From: Terriglobia bacterium
Lineage (GTDB): Bacteria; Acidobacteriota; Terriglobia; UBA7540
NCBI GenBank assembly: GCA_035946625.1
Contig: DASYZE010000042.1
Location: 7,065 to 71,064 of the forward strand
Reading direction: 5' to 3'
DNA length: 64,000 nucleotides
The notes beneath the pieces were generated by a model, which was not told the DNA's origin, did not search any database, and worked only from the letters and a program-made list of their open reading frames with translations. The translations under genes and the position numbers were made by a program. This document shows, one piece after another, positions 1 through 8,899 of the stretch (position 1 is the first letter of the stretch; every line of letters starts with the position of its first letter).

Positions 1-479
1 AACTGACCCTGGTGATGGTGAGCCATCGCGCGTATAAAGCTTATGATTTTGACGTGGCGCTCCCCGCCTCGCTATCCGCGAATGTGCTGGAGGGCTTGCT
101 GCGCGTGAAGCTGGATTATCGTGGAGTGGCTTTGGTGGAACCATTCGTCACTTCCGGCACGAAAGCGCGAACCATTCCCCCGCTCGCCTCGGGCGAAACG
201 CAAGAGGGGGGTTCTCTTAACCCGGAAGCAGGGGTGAAGAGTATCGCGGCCGGAGCAGACATGGTCGTGGTCCGGGGCGGTGAAAAGGCTTTCGAACGCG
301 CCGCGGAGAATTTGAGTAAAGCCCTGGAGGCTGGAACGATTGCGGAGCAGCGCGTGGGCGATGCTCTGAAGCGAATTCGGAGGGCCAGGAAAAATATCCC
401 CCCGCCAACGGGAAAATTTTCACGGAACGCTTTCGAACGACTTTGCCGGGAATTTGAACGATTCAGCCAAGAGTTTTGA
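1..479 (+). CDS. GH3-like (NagZ-like) glycosidase, C-terminal fragment; 5' end outside window
   Basis: Frame 3 is open from base 3 (LTLVMVSHRAY...). LPASLSANVLEGLLRVKLDYRGV resembles the NagZ block before the nucleophile, but the usual SDDLxM is VEPFVT here. It lies directly upstream of anmK (murein recycling context). Confidence 0.45.
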   Translation, partial: LTLVMVSHRAYKAYDFDVALPASLSANVLEGLLRVKLDYRGVALVEPFVTSGTKARTIPPLASGETQEGGSLNPEAGVKSIAAGADMVVVRGGEKAFERAAENLSKALEAGTIAEQRVGDALKRIRRARKNIPPPTGKFSRNAFERLCREFERFSQEF

Positions 480-507
480 ACCAACGGGGAAACGATTGAC
501 CAAGGGA

Positions 508-1707
508 ATGATCGTGCACTCCCGCCTGGTGGTGGGCCTGATTTCCGGGACGTCGATGGACGGAATCGACGCGGCTCTGGTGCGGATCACCGGGCCCGGT
601 GACGGGCCCCGCACTCGCTTGCTGGCGTTCACCGTACTTCCCTACCCCCCCGAAATTCGACAACGGCTGATGCACGTAGCCGCCGGTCAACCTGCGATGG
701 CGGCGGAAATCAGCGAGCTCAATTTTATTCTGGGCGAGTTGTTTGGCAATGCCGCGATTGAAGTTTGCCGCCGGGGCGGCGTGCCGCTCCAGCGAATCAC
801 CGCGATCGGCTCCCACGGCCAGACCATTTTTCATGAAGGTGGCTTCGCTCAGGTTCAACAAAAACCTAAACGCGGGAAAGCCCGCCCCGGCGCGGGCAGC
901 CGCGCCTCCACGCTCCAAATCGGTGAACCCGCCGTGATTGCGGCATTGACCGGAGCGACGGTGGTGGCCAATTTCCGCACCGCAGATATGGCCGCAGGAG
1001 GGCAAGGCGCGCCGCTGGTGCCGCTGGTGGATTATCTTTTGTTGGGCGACCACCGCCTCGGGACCGTGGCGTTGAACATCGGAGGCATCGCGAACTTCAC
1101 CGTGATTCCCGCCCGCGCCCGCCCCGAAGATGTGGTGGGATTCGATACCGGGCCGGGCAACATGGTGATGGATGCGCTCATGCGCCACGCGACGGACGGT
1201 CGAAAATCTTTTGATCGTGGTGGCGGATTTGCTGCGCAGGGAAAGGTTCTTCAGCCCGTGCTGGATAAAGTGATGCGTCTGCCCTATTTTCGGCGCACGC
1301 CGCCCAAGAGCGCCGGCCGCGAGCAATTTGGGGCGGACTTTGTGCGGCGCTATTTCCTGAAACGGCGCGGCGTCCGGCCAGCGGATTTGATTTGCACGGC
1401 CACCGAACTGACCGCGCGAACGGTTGCAACCTCGCTGCAGCGATTCGTTTGTCCTGGGACAAAAATCGATCGCCTGATTGTTTCCGGCGGCGGAGCACAC
1501 AACGGATTTCTTCTCCAGCGGCTCCAGGCGCTTTTGCCCGGAATTTCAGTTCATATTTCGGATGATTTCGGATTGCCGGTAGACGCCAAGGAAGCCATTG
1601 CGTTCGCCGTCCTCGCCGATCGCACGATTCACGGCCTCGCCGGGAATCTCCCTTCCGTCACTGGCGCCCGCAGGTCTGTAATTCTCGGTTCTTTGACCCA
1701 AGGCTGA
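508..1707 (+). CDS. anmK: anhydro-N-acetylmuramic acid kinase
   Basis: GLISGTSMDGIDAALV signature near the N-terminus and a full-length AnmK-like sequence. ATG 508 is preferred over TTG 454. Confidence 0.9.
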   Translation: MIVHSRLVVGLISGTSMDGIDAALVRITGPGDGPRTRLLAFTVLPYPPEIRQRLMHVAAGQPAMAAEISELNFILGELFGNAAIEVCRRGGVPLQRITAIGSHGQTIFHEGGFAQVQQKPKRGKARPGAGSRASTLQIGEPAVIAALTGATVVANFRTADMAAGGQGAPLVPLVDYLLLGDHRLGTVALNIGGIANFTVIPARARPEDVVGFDTGPGNMVMDALMRHATDGRKSFDRGGGFAAQGKVLQPVLDKVMRLPYFRRTPPKSAGREQFGADFVRRYFLKRRGVRPADLICTATELTARTVATSLQRFVCPGTKIDRLIVSGGGAHNGFLLQRLQALLPGISVHISDDFGLPVDAKEAIAFAVLADRTIHGLAGNLPSVTGARRSVILGSLTQG

Positions 1708-1740
1708 ACCGTTGACGGGCGGAATTTACCGCCAAGAAAC

Positions 1741-2319
1741 TCATCCCTTGTAACCCAGGTACCACAGGCTGGTGCTGAGCGCCTCGCGCCAGGAATAAAG
1801 CCTACGGTCAAAAGGCGCCGATTCGATGGGGCTCCCCGGGGCAGGAGAACCGAAGGCCGTGACGCCCACCGCCCTGAAAAACACCTTGACGCGATAAAGG
1901 TGAAATCCGTCGCTTACTGCAACGCAGGTTTTTCCATGAAGCTGCCGCAATAAGCTTGCAACCGCCTGCACACTTTCGTAGGTTGATTCACTGCGATCAT
2001 CCACCAGGATTTTTTCCTTGGCGACGCCTTTCTGAACCAAGTAGTCGCGGCTCACTCCTGCCTCTGAGTAAATCGGCTCGCCCCCTTTGCCTCCGGTGGT
2101 TATCACCACGGGGGCCAGACCCCGTTCTTCCAAATCGAACGCGTGGTCCAGGCGCGCTTTGAGGACAGGAGATGGCTCACCGTTGTATTCCGCCGCCCCA
2201 AAGACCACGATGGCATCGGCGGGGCGGGCTTCGTCCCTTGCGGCCTGTTGCCGAATGGCTCGATAGAGAGCCCATTCCATCAATGCCACACACATGAACC
2301 AGACCATGAGGAAAGGCAA
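1741..2319 (-). CDS. DUF218 (YdcF/ElyC/SanA-like) domain protein
   Basis: N-terminal TM helix followed by IVVFGAAEYNGEPSPVLKARLDHA...VVITTGGKG, the DUF218 core. Confidence 0.7.
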   Translation of the reverse strand: MPFLMVWFMCVALMEWALYRAIRQQAARDEARPADAIVVFGAAEYNGEPSPVLKARLDHAFDLEERGLAPVVITTGGKGGEPIYSEAGVSRDYLVQKGVAKEKILVDDRSESTYESVQAVASLLRQLHGKTCVAVSDGFHLYRVKVFFRAVGVTAFGSPAPGSPIESAPFDRRLYSWREALSTSLWYLGYKG

Positions 2320-2345
2320 AATGAAGTGGCGAATGCGGAGGCCGC

Positions 2346-2984
2346 TCAGTCGAGGTACTCCTTCAAGGCAGACTCCGGAACGCCGCCCGGGCGCAGGATG
2401 CGGGCGCGCTCGCCCACAAGATCCACCACGGTGGAGGCCACAGTCCCCTGCGTGGTCCCACCATCAAGGATAAGGGGCAGGTCCGGTCCTAATTGCTCCT
2501 CAACTCCCTCGGCGGTGGAACAAGGTTGATTCTTGGCCAGGTTGGCGCTGGTGCCGGTGATGGGGCGGGCAGCCGCCACAATCATGGCAACGGCCAAGGG
2601 CGCACAGGGCCAACGCAACCCCACTTTGCCAGTGTTGGCGGTGACCTTCAGGGGAATCAAACGGGATGCAGGGACCACAATGGTCAAGGGTCCGGGCCAA
2701 AATTTTTCCGCCAAGTCAAAGAATAGGCGCGGAGGATTAAGTGCCAGGTCGGCAGCTTGGTCGAGCGAAGCCACCAGGAGCGGGAGCGGCCGGTCCGAAG
2801 TCCGCCGCTTGATGCGGAAGATCTCGCTCACCGCGGCAAGATTCAACGGGTCCGCCGCCAGCCCGTAAAATGTATCCGTTGGGATGGCCACGACCTTGCC
2901 GCAAGTGATCAGACGGGTGGCATACTCCAGCACAAACTCCATCCGGGCTGTATCCGTGCTGTCGACCTTGAGGATTTCCGCCAT
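2346..2984 (-). CDS. tsaC: L-threonylcarbamoyladenylate synthase, YrdC-domain only (TsaC type)
   Basis: KVVAIPTDTFYGLAADPLN and ITGTSANL motifs. About 212 aa from ATG 2984, so there is no Sua5 C-terminal domain. Confidence 0.85.
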   Translation of the reverse strand: MAEILKVDSTDTARMEFVLEYATRLITCGKVVAIPTDTFYGLAADPLNLAAVSEIFRIKRRTSDRPLPLLVASLDQAADLALNPPRLFFDLAEKFWPGPLTIVVPASRLIPLKVTANTGKVGLRWPCAPLAVAMIVAAARPITGTSANLAKNQPCSTAEGVEEQLGPDLPLILDGGTTQGTVASTVVDLVGERARILRPGGVPESALKEYLD

Positions 2985-3140
2985 GGGACCACCGGGGTGA
3001 GAAGATTCTTTGGATGAGGAACAGACCGTAACATAAGCACCGAACGGGGTCAATGAGTGATCCCATGAGTGATCCCATTTCTCTGGATAATCCGTTCGGG
3101 AGGGCTTTTGAACCGATTTGGAGCTGTGGAAAAAATAGAC

Positions 3141-3170
3141 TTGACTTTCTTTAAAGGCCTAAGTGACAAT
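3141..3170 (+). promoter_or_regulatory. candidate sigma70-type promoter upstream of rpsU
   Basis: TTGACT at 3141-3146, an 18 nt spacer, then GACAAT at 3165-3170, in an AT-rich stretch about 65 nt upstream of rpsU. Pattern match only. Confidence 0.25.
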
Positions 3171-3233
3171 GCATATATATCTTCAGGTTAAATGGTCTTA
3201 TATTCTCACTAAGGAAACGGGGGTGTTTGCAAG

Positions 3234-3431
3234 TTGGCAGAAGTGCGACTTCAGGAAGGTGAATCTCTCGAAAATGCATTGCGCCGGTTCAAGCGCAAGG
3301 TTCAACAAGAGGACATCATCAAGGAAGTGAAACGACATTCCTTTTACTTGAAACCGGGCGAAAAGCGGCGCGTCAAAGCAGCTTTGGCCAGGAAACGGAA
3401 CCGAAAAAAAGCCAGGCACGAACCCGAATAG
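3234..3431 (+). CDS. rpsU: 30S ribosomal protein S21
   Basis: AEVRLQEGESLENALRRFKRKVQQEDIIKEVKRHSFYLKPGEKRR matches the S21 family. TTG start with AAGGAAA upstream. Confidence 0.9.
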   Translation: MAEVRLQEGESLENALRRFKRKVQQEDIIKEVKRHSFYLKPGEKRRVKAALARKRNRKKARHEPE

Positions 3432-3534
3432 CTTGAAGCAAACCTGGGAAGGAGCACAGCATGAAAGCCAAGCTGTTCTCCTTCCTCGTTTTATCGTACG
3501 GATATTCGACGCCATTTCCAACAGGGGGCCGGGT

Positions 3535-3834
3535 ATGGAATACCAGGACAGGACGCTGAAGTGCATCGACTGTGGCTCGGATTTTGTATTCACTTCCGGC
3601 GAACAGCTTTTCTACGCCGACAAGGGTTTTAAGAATGAGCCCAAGCGGTGCAAGAATTGCAAATCAAAACGCAACCAATCGATGAGTGGGCAGGGCTCCC
3701 AGCGTGTGGAGACCACCACCGTGTGCTCTCAATGCGGCAAGGAAACGACAGTGCCTTTCAACCCGACTCAAGGCAGACCGGTCTTCTGTCGCGAGTGCTT
3801 TCAGCAACGGCGTGCTGCGGGTACTTTGGCTTAA
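3535..3834 (+). CDS. double zinc-ribbon (CxxC-x17-CxxC type) small protein
   Basis: Two modules: CIDCG...CKNCK and CSQCG...CRECF. ATG 3535 (MEYQDRTLKC) is preferred over the ORF-track start at 3433. Confidence 0.7.
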   Translation: MEYQDRTLKCIDCGSDFVFTSGEQLFYADKGFKNEPKRCKNCKSKRNQSMSGQGSQRVETTTVCSQCGKETTVPFNPTQGRPVFCRECFQQRRAAGTLA

Positions 3835-4052
3835 GGCTCAACTCTCTCATTCCGCATTCCTCGCACGCTTGGGCGGAAGCATCCTCCGAAAGTTCTCAGT
3901 GCAAGTCCGCAACGCTCAAGCCCGGTTCTGGGGTGGAATGTCGGTCAGAAGCTGTGAGTGCCCGACCGCCCCCGCAAATGCAGATTCAGGGTTTCGCCTT
4001 GCAAACGGGCGGGCGGGATCAGACTGCAATCGCATACAATGAACTTCTGACC

Positions 4053-5537
4053 ATGTCCACATTTCGCCTTTTCAATTTCGGATGCAGGGCGAGTCAGGCG
4101 GATGGCGCCGCTCTCAAGAAGCAACTTATGGACGCGGGATTGCGCGAAGTTGAAGGCGTGGACCAGAGTTGCGTGGCAGTTTTGAACACCTGCACTGTGA
4201 CGGCCAACGCGGACGCTGAGGTCCGTCAGGTGGTGCGCCGCATTCATCGCGCCAATCCCCAGTGCCAGATCCTGGTAACCGGATGTTATGCCCAGCGGGC
4301 ACCGGATGAAATCGCCCAACTGCCGGGTGTGAAGTGGGTGGTGGGCAATTCGCACAAACACAATGTGGCGGAGTTTCTAAGCGCCGGTCTGGAACAAGTG
4401 CCGGCGAGCGCGGCCGCCCAACCGGCTCCGGACAACGACGATAATTCACCCGAAATTCGCGAGCTCGTCCAGATTTTCCATCCTCGAGGTTCCGGCGGAA
4501 CAGCCGCGTACCCAAACACACCTCAACTTACGCCGGGCGACGATGAATCAACAGCTCAGGTCAGGGTGGGGGAGATTTCGGAAGAATTCCACTTTGCGCC
4601 CGTCTTCCCTGACGACCGTACGCGCCCCACGCTTAAAGTTCAGGATGGCTGCGGCGCGCGCTGCTCGTTCTGCATTATTCCGACCGTGCGCGGTCCAAGC
4701 CGGAGCTTGCCTGCCGACACCGTCATCGCTCAAATCCGAGATCTCGAGCGCGCGGGATTCCTGGAAATTGTTCTTTCAGGAATTAATTTGGGGAGTTACG
4801 GCCGCGACCTTGGGCGTCACATCAGATTCCTGGGCTTGCTCGAACGCATCCTGACGGAGACCGCCATCGCGCGCATCAGAATCAGCTCGATCGAGCCCAT
4901 GGACGTCAGCGAGGATCTCCTTCGCCTTGTGGCCAGTGTCCCGCGCATAGCGCAACATTTTCACGTGCCCTTGCAAAGCGGGTGCGACAGGATTCTGCGC
5001 CAGATGAACCGGCGCTACTGGGCCAGCCAATACGCTGAGCGCCTTCATTCCATCCGCGAACGGATTCCAAACTGCGGCATCGGCGCCGACGTGATGGTGG
5101 GATTCCCCGGCGAGACGGACACCGACCACTCGGCAAGCGTTCGCTTTCTCAAATCACTTCCGCTGACTTACGTACACGTTTTCCCCTATTCCTCGCGGCC
5201 GTCAACGCCGGCAGCAGTCATGCCTGGTCAGGTGAATGGCCGGGTTGCGCACGAGCGCGGCCGGGAAATCAGAAGTCTCGTCGCGGCAAAGCGCCACGCA
5301 TTCCTTGCAAGCCAGGTGGACCACAATCTTTCTGCGCTCACGCTGGATGAATCCGAGGATGGTACGCGGGTGGCGCTGAGCAGTAATTATCTTAAGGTGG
5401 CCCTACCCGGCTCGAACATTCCCCCCAATAAGTTGCTCGACATCCACGTGGGGCGCACCGATGGCAATCTGCTTTATGGGTATGTTCCTGCGAACTCATC
5501 CGCCCACTCCATCCAAGAACTTTCCGTCCAGGCGTAA
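4053..5537 (+). CDS. mtaB: MiaB-family radical SAM methylthiotransferase, MtaB-like
   Basis: N-terminal MTTase domain (FGCRASQADG, LNTCTVT, TGCYAQR), radical-SAM CGARCSFCIIP, and a TRAM-like C-terminus. ATG 4053 (MSTFRLFNFGC) is preferred over 3648. Confidence 0.8.
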   Translation: MSTFRLFNFGCRASQADGAALKKQLMDAGLREVEGVDQSCVAVLNTCTVTANADAEVRQVVRRIHRANPQCQILVTGCYAQRAPDEIAQLPGVKWVVGNSHKHNVAEFLSAGLEQVPASAAAQPAPDNDDNSPEIRELVQIFHPRGSGGTAAYPNTPQLTPGDDESTAQVRVGEISEEFHFAPVFPDDRTRPTLKVQDGCGARCSFCIIPTVRGPSRSLPADTVIAQIRDLERAGFLEIVLSGINLGSYGRDLGRHIRFLGLLERILTETAIARIRISSIEPMDVSEDLLRLVASVPRIAQHFHVPLQSGCDRILRQMNRRYWASQYAERLHSIRERIPNCGIGADVMVGFPGETDTDHSASVRFLKSLPLTYVHVFPYSSRPSTPAAVMPGQVNGRVAHERGREIRSLVAAKRHAFLASQVDHNLSALTLDESEDGTRVALSSNYLKVALPGSNIPPNKLLDIHVGRTDGNLLYGYVPANSSAHSIQELSVQA

Positions 5538-5681
5538 TGCCCAAGAGAGAGAACGTCGAAGAACGGGCGCATCCGTAGCTCTGGACAGGCTATGCAGATT
5601 CATTCAGAATGAATGAGCGGGTGCGGAATGACTTTTGCTTCCGTCGGTCATGCCACGCGTCCCGAACTGAGGTAACTGAGC

Positions 5682-6431
5682 GTGAGCACTTTTCAAACTC
5701 CGGTCCGCGAAGGAATTCCCGTAGCTGATTACGTCAAGGGAGCATTTGTCCCCATTTCACAACTCGTCCGCGGCTGGGAACTGCACTCGGCGGTCGCGCT
5801 GACACCCGCCGAAGAGCGCGGCATTTTACGCGAGCCCGCGCAAGCCATTCCCATGGTGATTGTGGAGCGGTTGGGGAAAGTTCGGGTGCTGGTGGTCCCC
5901 TATGTTGGTTGCAAGGAAAGCGGAGACGTAATTTGTTTTTCGAAACCCAAAGGTGAAACGCATTCCGCCGTATGGGTGGAATCCAGCGAGCGCATTGACC
6001 TGGTGCTTCCCTGCCGGGAACTTGACCCCCATGATACGGGATTTGAGTTTCTCGCCAGCACCGCCGAACTGCTGCGGTCAAGACTTACAACCGAGGAGAT
6101 GGAGCGGTACGTTCAGCTACTTGAAGCTGAAGCGCGCGCCGGCGTGCAAGGCGAAATCGATGAGGAGGCCTTGGGAGCCAAGCGGCAGATTGCGGGCACC
6201 CGCTTCCGCCGCCGCCTCTCCCACGAGCAGTACGATCGTTACTGTGAAATTTCTTTCTCGGCCACCCTCGCCGAATATATGCACGGGCTCTGGCACGACG
6301 TGCAAGTCCGAGTCGGCCCCGAGCACCTTCCGGTCCCGCAACTTCGCCGCCGCATGGTTCTGATGTCCGAAATGTTCCCTCCCAACCAGGGTTACCAGGT
6401 GTTTTCCGAAGAGCTCAAAAAAGAGGAATAG
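5682..6431 (+). CDS. hypothetical protein (249 aa)
   Basis: Long ORF with plausible composition and no recognised family. Only an HGLWH (HxxxH) patch was noted. GTG start. Confidence 0.5.
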   Translation: MSTFQTPVREGIPVADYVKGAFVPISQLVRGWELHSAVALTPAEERGILREPAQAIPMVIVERLGKVRVLVVPYVGCKESGDVICFSKPKGETHSAVWVESSERIDLVLPCRELDPHDTGFEFLASTAELLRSRLTTEEMERYVQLLEAEARAGVQGEIDEEALGAKRQIAGTRFRRRLSHEQYDRYCEISFSATLAEYMHGLWHDVQVRVGPEHLPVPQLRRRMVLMSEMFPPNQGYQVFSEELKKEE

Positions 6432-6453
6432 CGGCGACCGAAGTTTCTGTTCC

Positions 6454-7791
6454 CTACTTGGGCGGGTGCATGAATATACTCAGGACCAGGCCCACAACTG
6501 ACGCCGCGGGCTGGCCTTCTCCTTTCGCCTGGTAAAGGCGATAGATTGATTCCAGGAGCAGGTAGACAGGGACCATCAGGAAAGAGTTCGGCGCGCCCAG
6601 CATCCACATTGCCCATCCTTGCAGAACGGCGCCGGCAAGGAAAAATCCGGCTGTAACGGAGGTCCAACGAGCGGCGGGGAATTGGAACCTGGCTTGAAGC
6701 CGGAACTGTTCTTGGCGAGGATAAGTCCCCCAAACCATGGCCATGATGTGTGCTTTGTCCCGGCGCCGGGTAAATTCTTCCACGACCTTCTGCCGCTCCG
6801 GAGTTCTCGGCTGCGTATACTCTCGATATTTGAGCTTTGGGTCCGCTTCAATTTTCTCGAACTCGTAAACCCACCAACGCTTGAGACCTTTTCCTTCCTC
6901 GTGCCAATGGAGTGATCGGTAGACTTTGCCTTCAAAGAGGATGGGAGCGGTTCCGTACAGCAGATCGTCATAAAGCATGGAACGAATGGTCAGATTGCCG
7001 GAATCAACCCGCCGGATTACCTGGTCATCTTGGAGGGAAAAATCCGGGCTACCGGCTCTCGCGGGCCGGCTTTCCGGGCGCGCCAGAGCCTCCCACAGAA
7101 GGTAGGGCAGGGACAGAATAAAAACGCCGTGGGGCTTGCCGGAGAATACGATGAGGAAAATTCTTGCCATGGAGTCAAAGCAGAGGTACGCGAGCACACT
7201 CTCGATACTATGGGGCGGTTTGGAGCCGTAGACCTGAGCCAGGGTCATGAAGATAAAAAAATTGGTCAGCGTGGAGGCGGCGGAGATCACCACCATGTTC
7301 AGCCCCGTTTCCATTTCCCATTTCCGCTGCAAGGGGTCCGGGGCCAATCCGGCGAGGAAGAAAAAAGTCGTAATGCGTTTGCGGAGATCCTGTCGATACA
7401 ACTCTTCGAGATGCCCTTTTGCCGCCTGCGCCTGACTTTCAGGCGAATAAGATATTGTTTGCCTCACCGCATTGCTGGAATTCCATTTCTTCAAACCATA
7501 ACGCACGACGTAACCGGGCTCAATGGTCCCCTCCGCCGTCATTATCTCGTACAATTCATTAAATATCCGGAGAGCGGTTCCAGGATGGATTGCGTGCGTT
7601 AGGTCGCCCGGTCGGCGCGCCACCCAACCGTCTTTTTCAAATGCTGAATAGACCCAAACTTCAACCGGTTCGCCCGGCTGGGCATTTCGCAGGCGGTCTG
7701 GGACAAGACTGGATGAGGATGGCATGGGCTTTTCGCTCCGCCTCCACTTTGTTTTGTTTCCGGTCGTTCCGGTGGCCCTGATGCTGCGCAC
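6454..7791 (-). CDS. hypothetical polytopic membrane protein (about 8 TM)
   Basis: Two blocks, each a soluble segment followed by about 4 hydrophobic helices. The start is uncertain (7791 or ATG 7725). Confidence 0.55.
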   Translation of the reverse strand: MRSIRATGTTGNKTKWRRSEKPMPSSSSLVPDRLRNAQPGEPVEVWVYSAFEKDGWVARRPGDLTHAIHPGTALRIFNELYEIMTAEGTIEPGYVVRYGLKKWNSSNAVRQTISYSPESQAQAAKGHLEELYRQDLRKRITTFFFLAGLAPDPLQRKWEMETGLNMVVISAASTLTNFFIFMTLAQVYGSKPPHSIESVLAYLCFDSMARIFLIVFSGKPHGVFILSLPYLLWEALARPESRPARAGSPDFSLQDDQVIRRVDSGNLTIRSMLYDDLLYGTAPILFEGKVYRSLHWHEEGKGLKRWWVYEFEKIEADPKLKYREYTQPRTPERQKVVEEFTRRRDKAHIMAMVWGTYPRQEQFRLQARFQFPAARWTSVTAGFFLAGAVLQGWAMWMLGAPNSFLMVPVYLLLESIYRLYQAKGEGQPAASVVGLVLSIFMHPPK

Positions 7792-7852
7792 TTTACCTCA
7801 AAACTCACTGGTCAAGCAAGGCCGGACGGTTAGGGGTTTGTTTGTGGGTTAG

Positions 7853-8899
7853 TCAGGCCGATTTCAGCGCCAGGGAGCTGCTTGCAAAAGCAAGGCTCTT
7901 CTTCACGTTGTCTTCTTCCAGTTCCCGGTGGGCTGAGGCTTCCATGCCCGCGGGTTCGGGAAGGGACGCGCGCGGCGGGTGGGCCCGTACCAGGGTCAAT
8001 GTGCGGGCTAGGAATTCGCCGTTTCGTTCCGGAAAAGTCATCCAATATTTATCGGTGAGACAGGGGATCTTCAGGGGGTTTCGGGTGATCATTTCCAAAG
8101 TAAATTTGGTGTGCGGACGCGCTATTGCAATCGTCTCCACGATCCGCCGCATGTCCAGCATCCCTTCTCCCAAGGGAACTTCCGCCAGTAGAAAGCCCTC
8201 CGGATATTCTTTCACCGCCATGTCCTTGACATGCGTACACACCGCGAAAGGCGCCAGGCGCGTGACCACATCCATGGGGTCGTCGAGCAGAGAAATGCTG
8301 TTGCCCGTATCGAGGCAAACGCCAAAGTATTCGCCGCCAAACTGTTTCATCAGAGCCACAAGATCTTCGGTGGTCCAGTCTTTGTGATTCTCGATCCCCA
8401 TCGGCATATGATGTTTTTCGAGGATGGGCAGGACGCGCGCAATCCTGGCTTTTGAAGTGGAGACAAACTGATTCCAGTCATCCAGACTCGAAAAAGTTTC
8501 GTACCGCCTGCCGCTCAGGCACGCGGACCGAATGCAAATCGCGCCAACATTTTTGGCGGCCGCGACAGTTTGCTCAAAAGCCGCGGTGTCATCCTGGGGG
8601 AGACGGGCTATAACTTCCAGGTACATGTGCAGCTTCTCGGCCCGCTCGCGAACTTTGTTGATGAAGGCAGAGTCGAGCGAAGTGAGCCCCGCCTGAACAC
8701 CCCCCGCCCCGAGCGCGGCGCAATAATTCAGAAACTCGAGGGTGGATTTTCCACGCTGACCAAAGCCGAAGGAATAAATATTGACGCCCATCGGGGTACG
8801 GGGCGGGATCCGGGGGGGAACAAACCCGCTGCGGCTCGCCGATGGCCGCGCGGCGCCCGCGGCGGCGACCGTCGTCAAGAATCTCCGACGGGTGATCAT
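7853..8899 (-). CDS. TAT-exported sugar phosphate isomerase/epimerase (xylose isomerase-like TIM barrel)
   Basis: Twin-arginine leader MITRRRFLTTVAAAGAA. IENH, CLDTGN and HVKD motifs of the AP_endonuc_2 TIM-barrel family. The ATG overlaps the upstream stop (ATGA). Confidence 0.8.
   Translation of the reverse strand: MITRRRFLTTVAAAGAARPSASRSGFVPPRIPPRTPMGVNIYSFGFGQRGKSTLEFLNYCAALGAGGVQAGLTSLDSAFINKVRERAEKLHMYLEVIARLPQDDTAAFEQTVAAAKNVGAICIRSACLSGRRYETFSSLDDWNQFVSTSKARIARVLPILEKHHMPMGIENHKDWTTEDLVALMKQFGGEYFGVCLDTGNSISLLDDPMDVVTRLAPFAVCTHVKDMAVKEYPEGFLLAEVPLGEGMLDMRRIVETIAIARPHTKFTLEMITRNPLKIPCLTDKYWMTFPERNGEFLARTLTLVRAHPPRASLPEPAGMEASAHRELEEDNVKKSLAFASSSLALKSA

Noticed and set aside
463-1500. 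345-aa ORF antisense to anmK. Similar long antisense ORFs occur at 27114-28064 (valS), 41750-42997 (octaheme gene) and 62145-62987 (pyk).
   Set aside because: They are Arg/Gly/His-rich shadow ORFs typical of GC-rich DNA. In every case the opposite strand encodes a protein with clear family motifs.
1717-1733. Short hairpin ggcgg-aattta-ccgcc between convergent anmK and the DUF218 gene, considered as a bidirectional terminator.
   Set aside because: The stem is only 5 bp with no flanking A/T tracts, which is too weak to report as a feature.
3648-4052. 135-aa N-terminal extension of MtaB suggested by the ORF track. The same issue applies to 3433-3534 for the zinc-ribbon protein and 59324-59416 for the TonB receptor.
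   Set aside because: The extensions overlap an upstream gene or a riboswitch, have non-protein-like composition, and internal ATGs align with the normal family N-termini.
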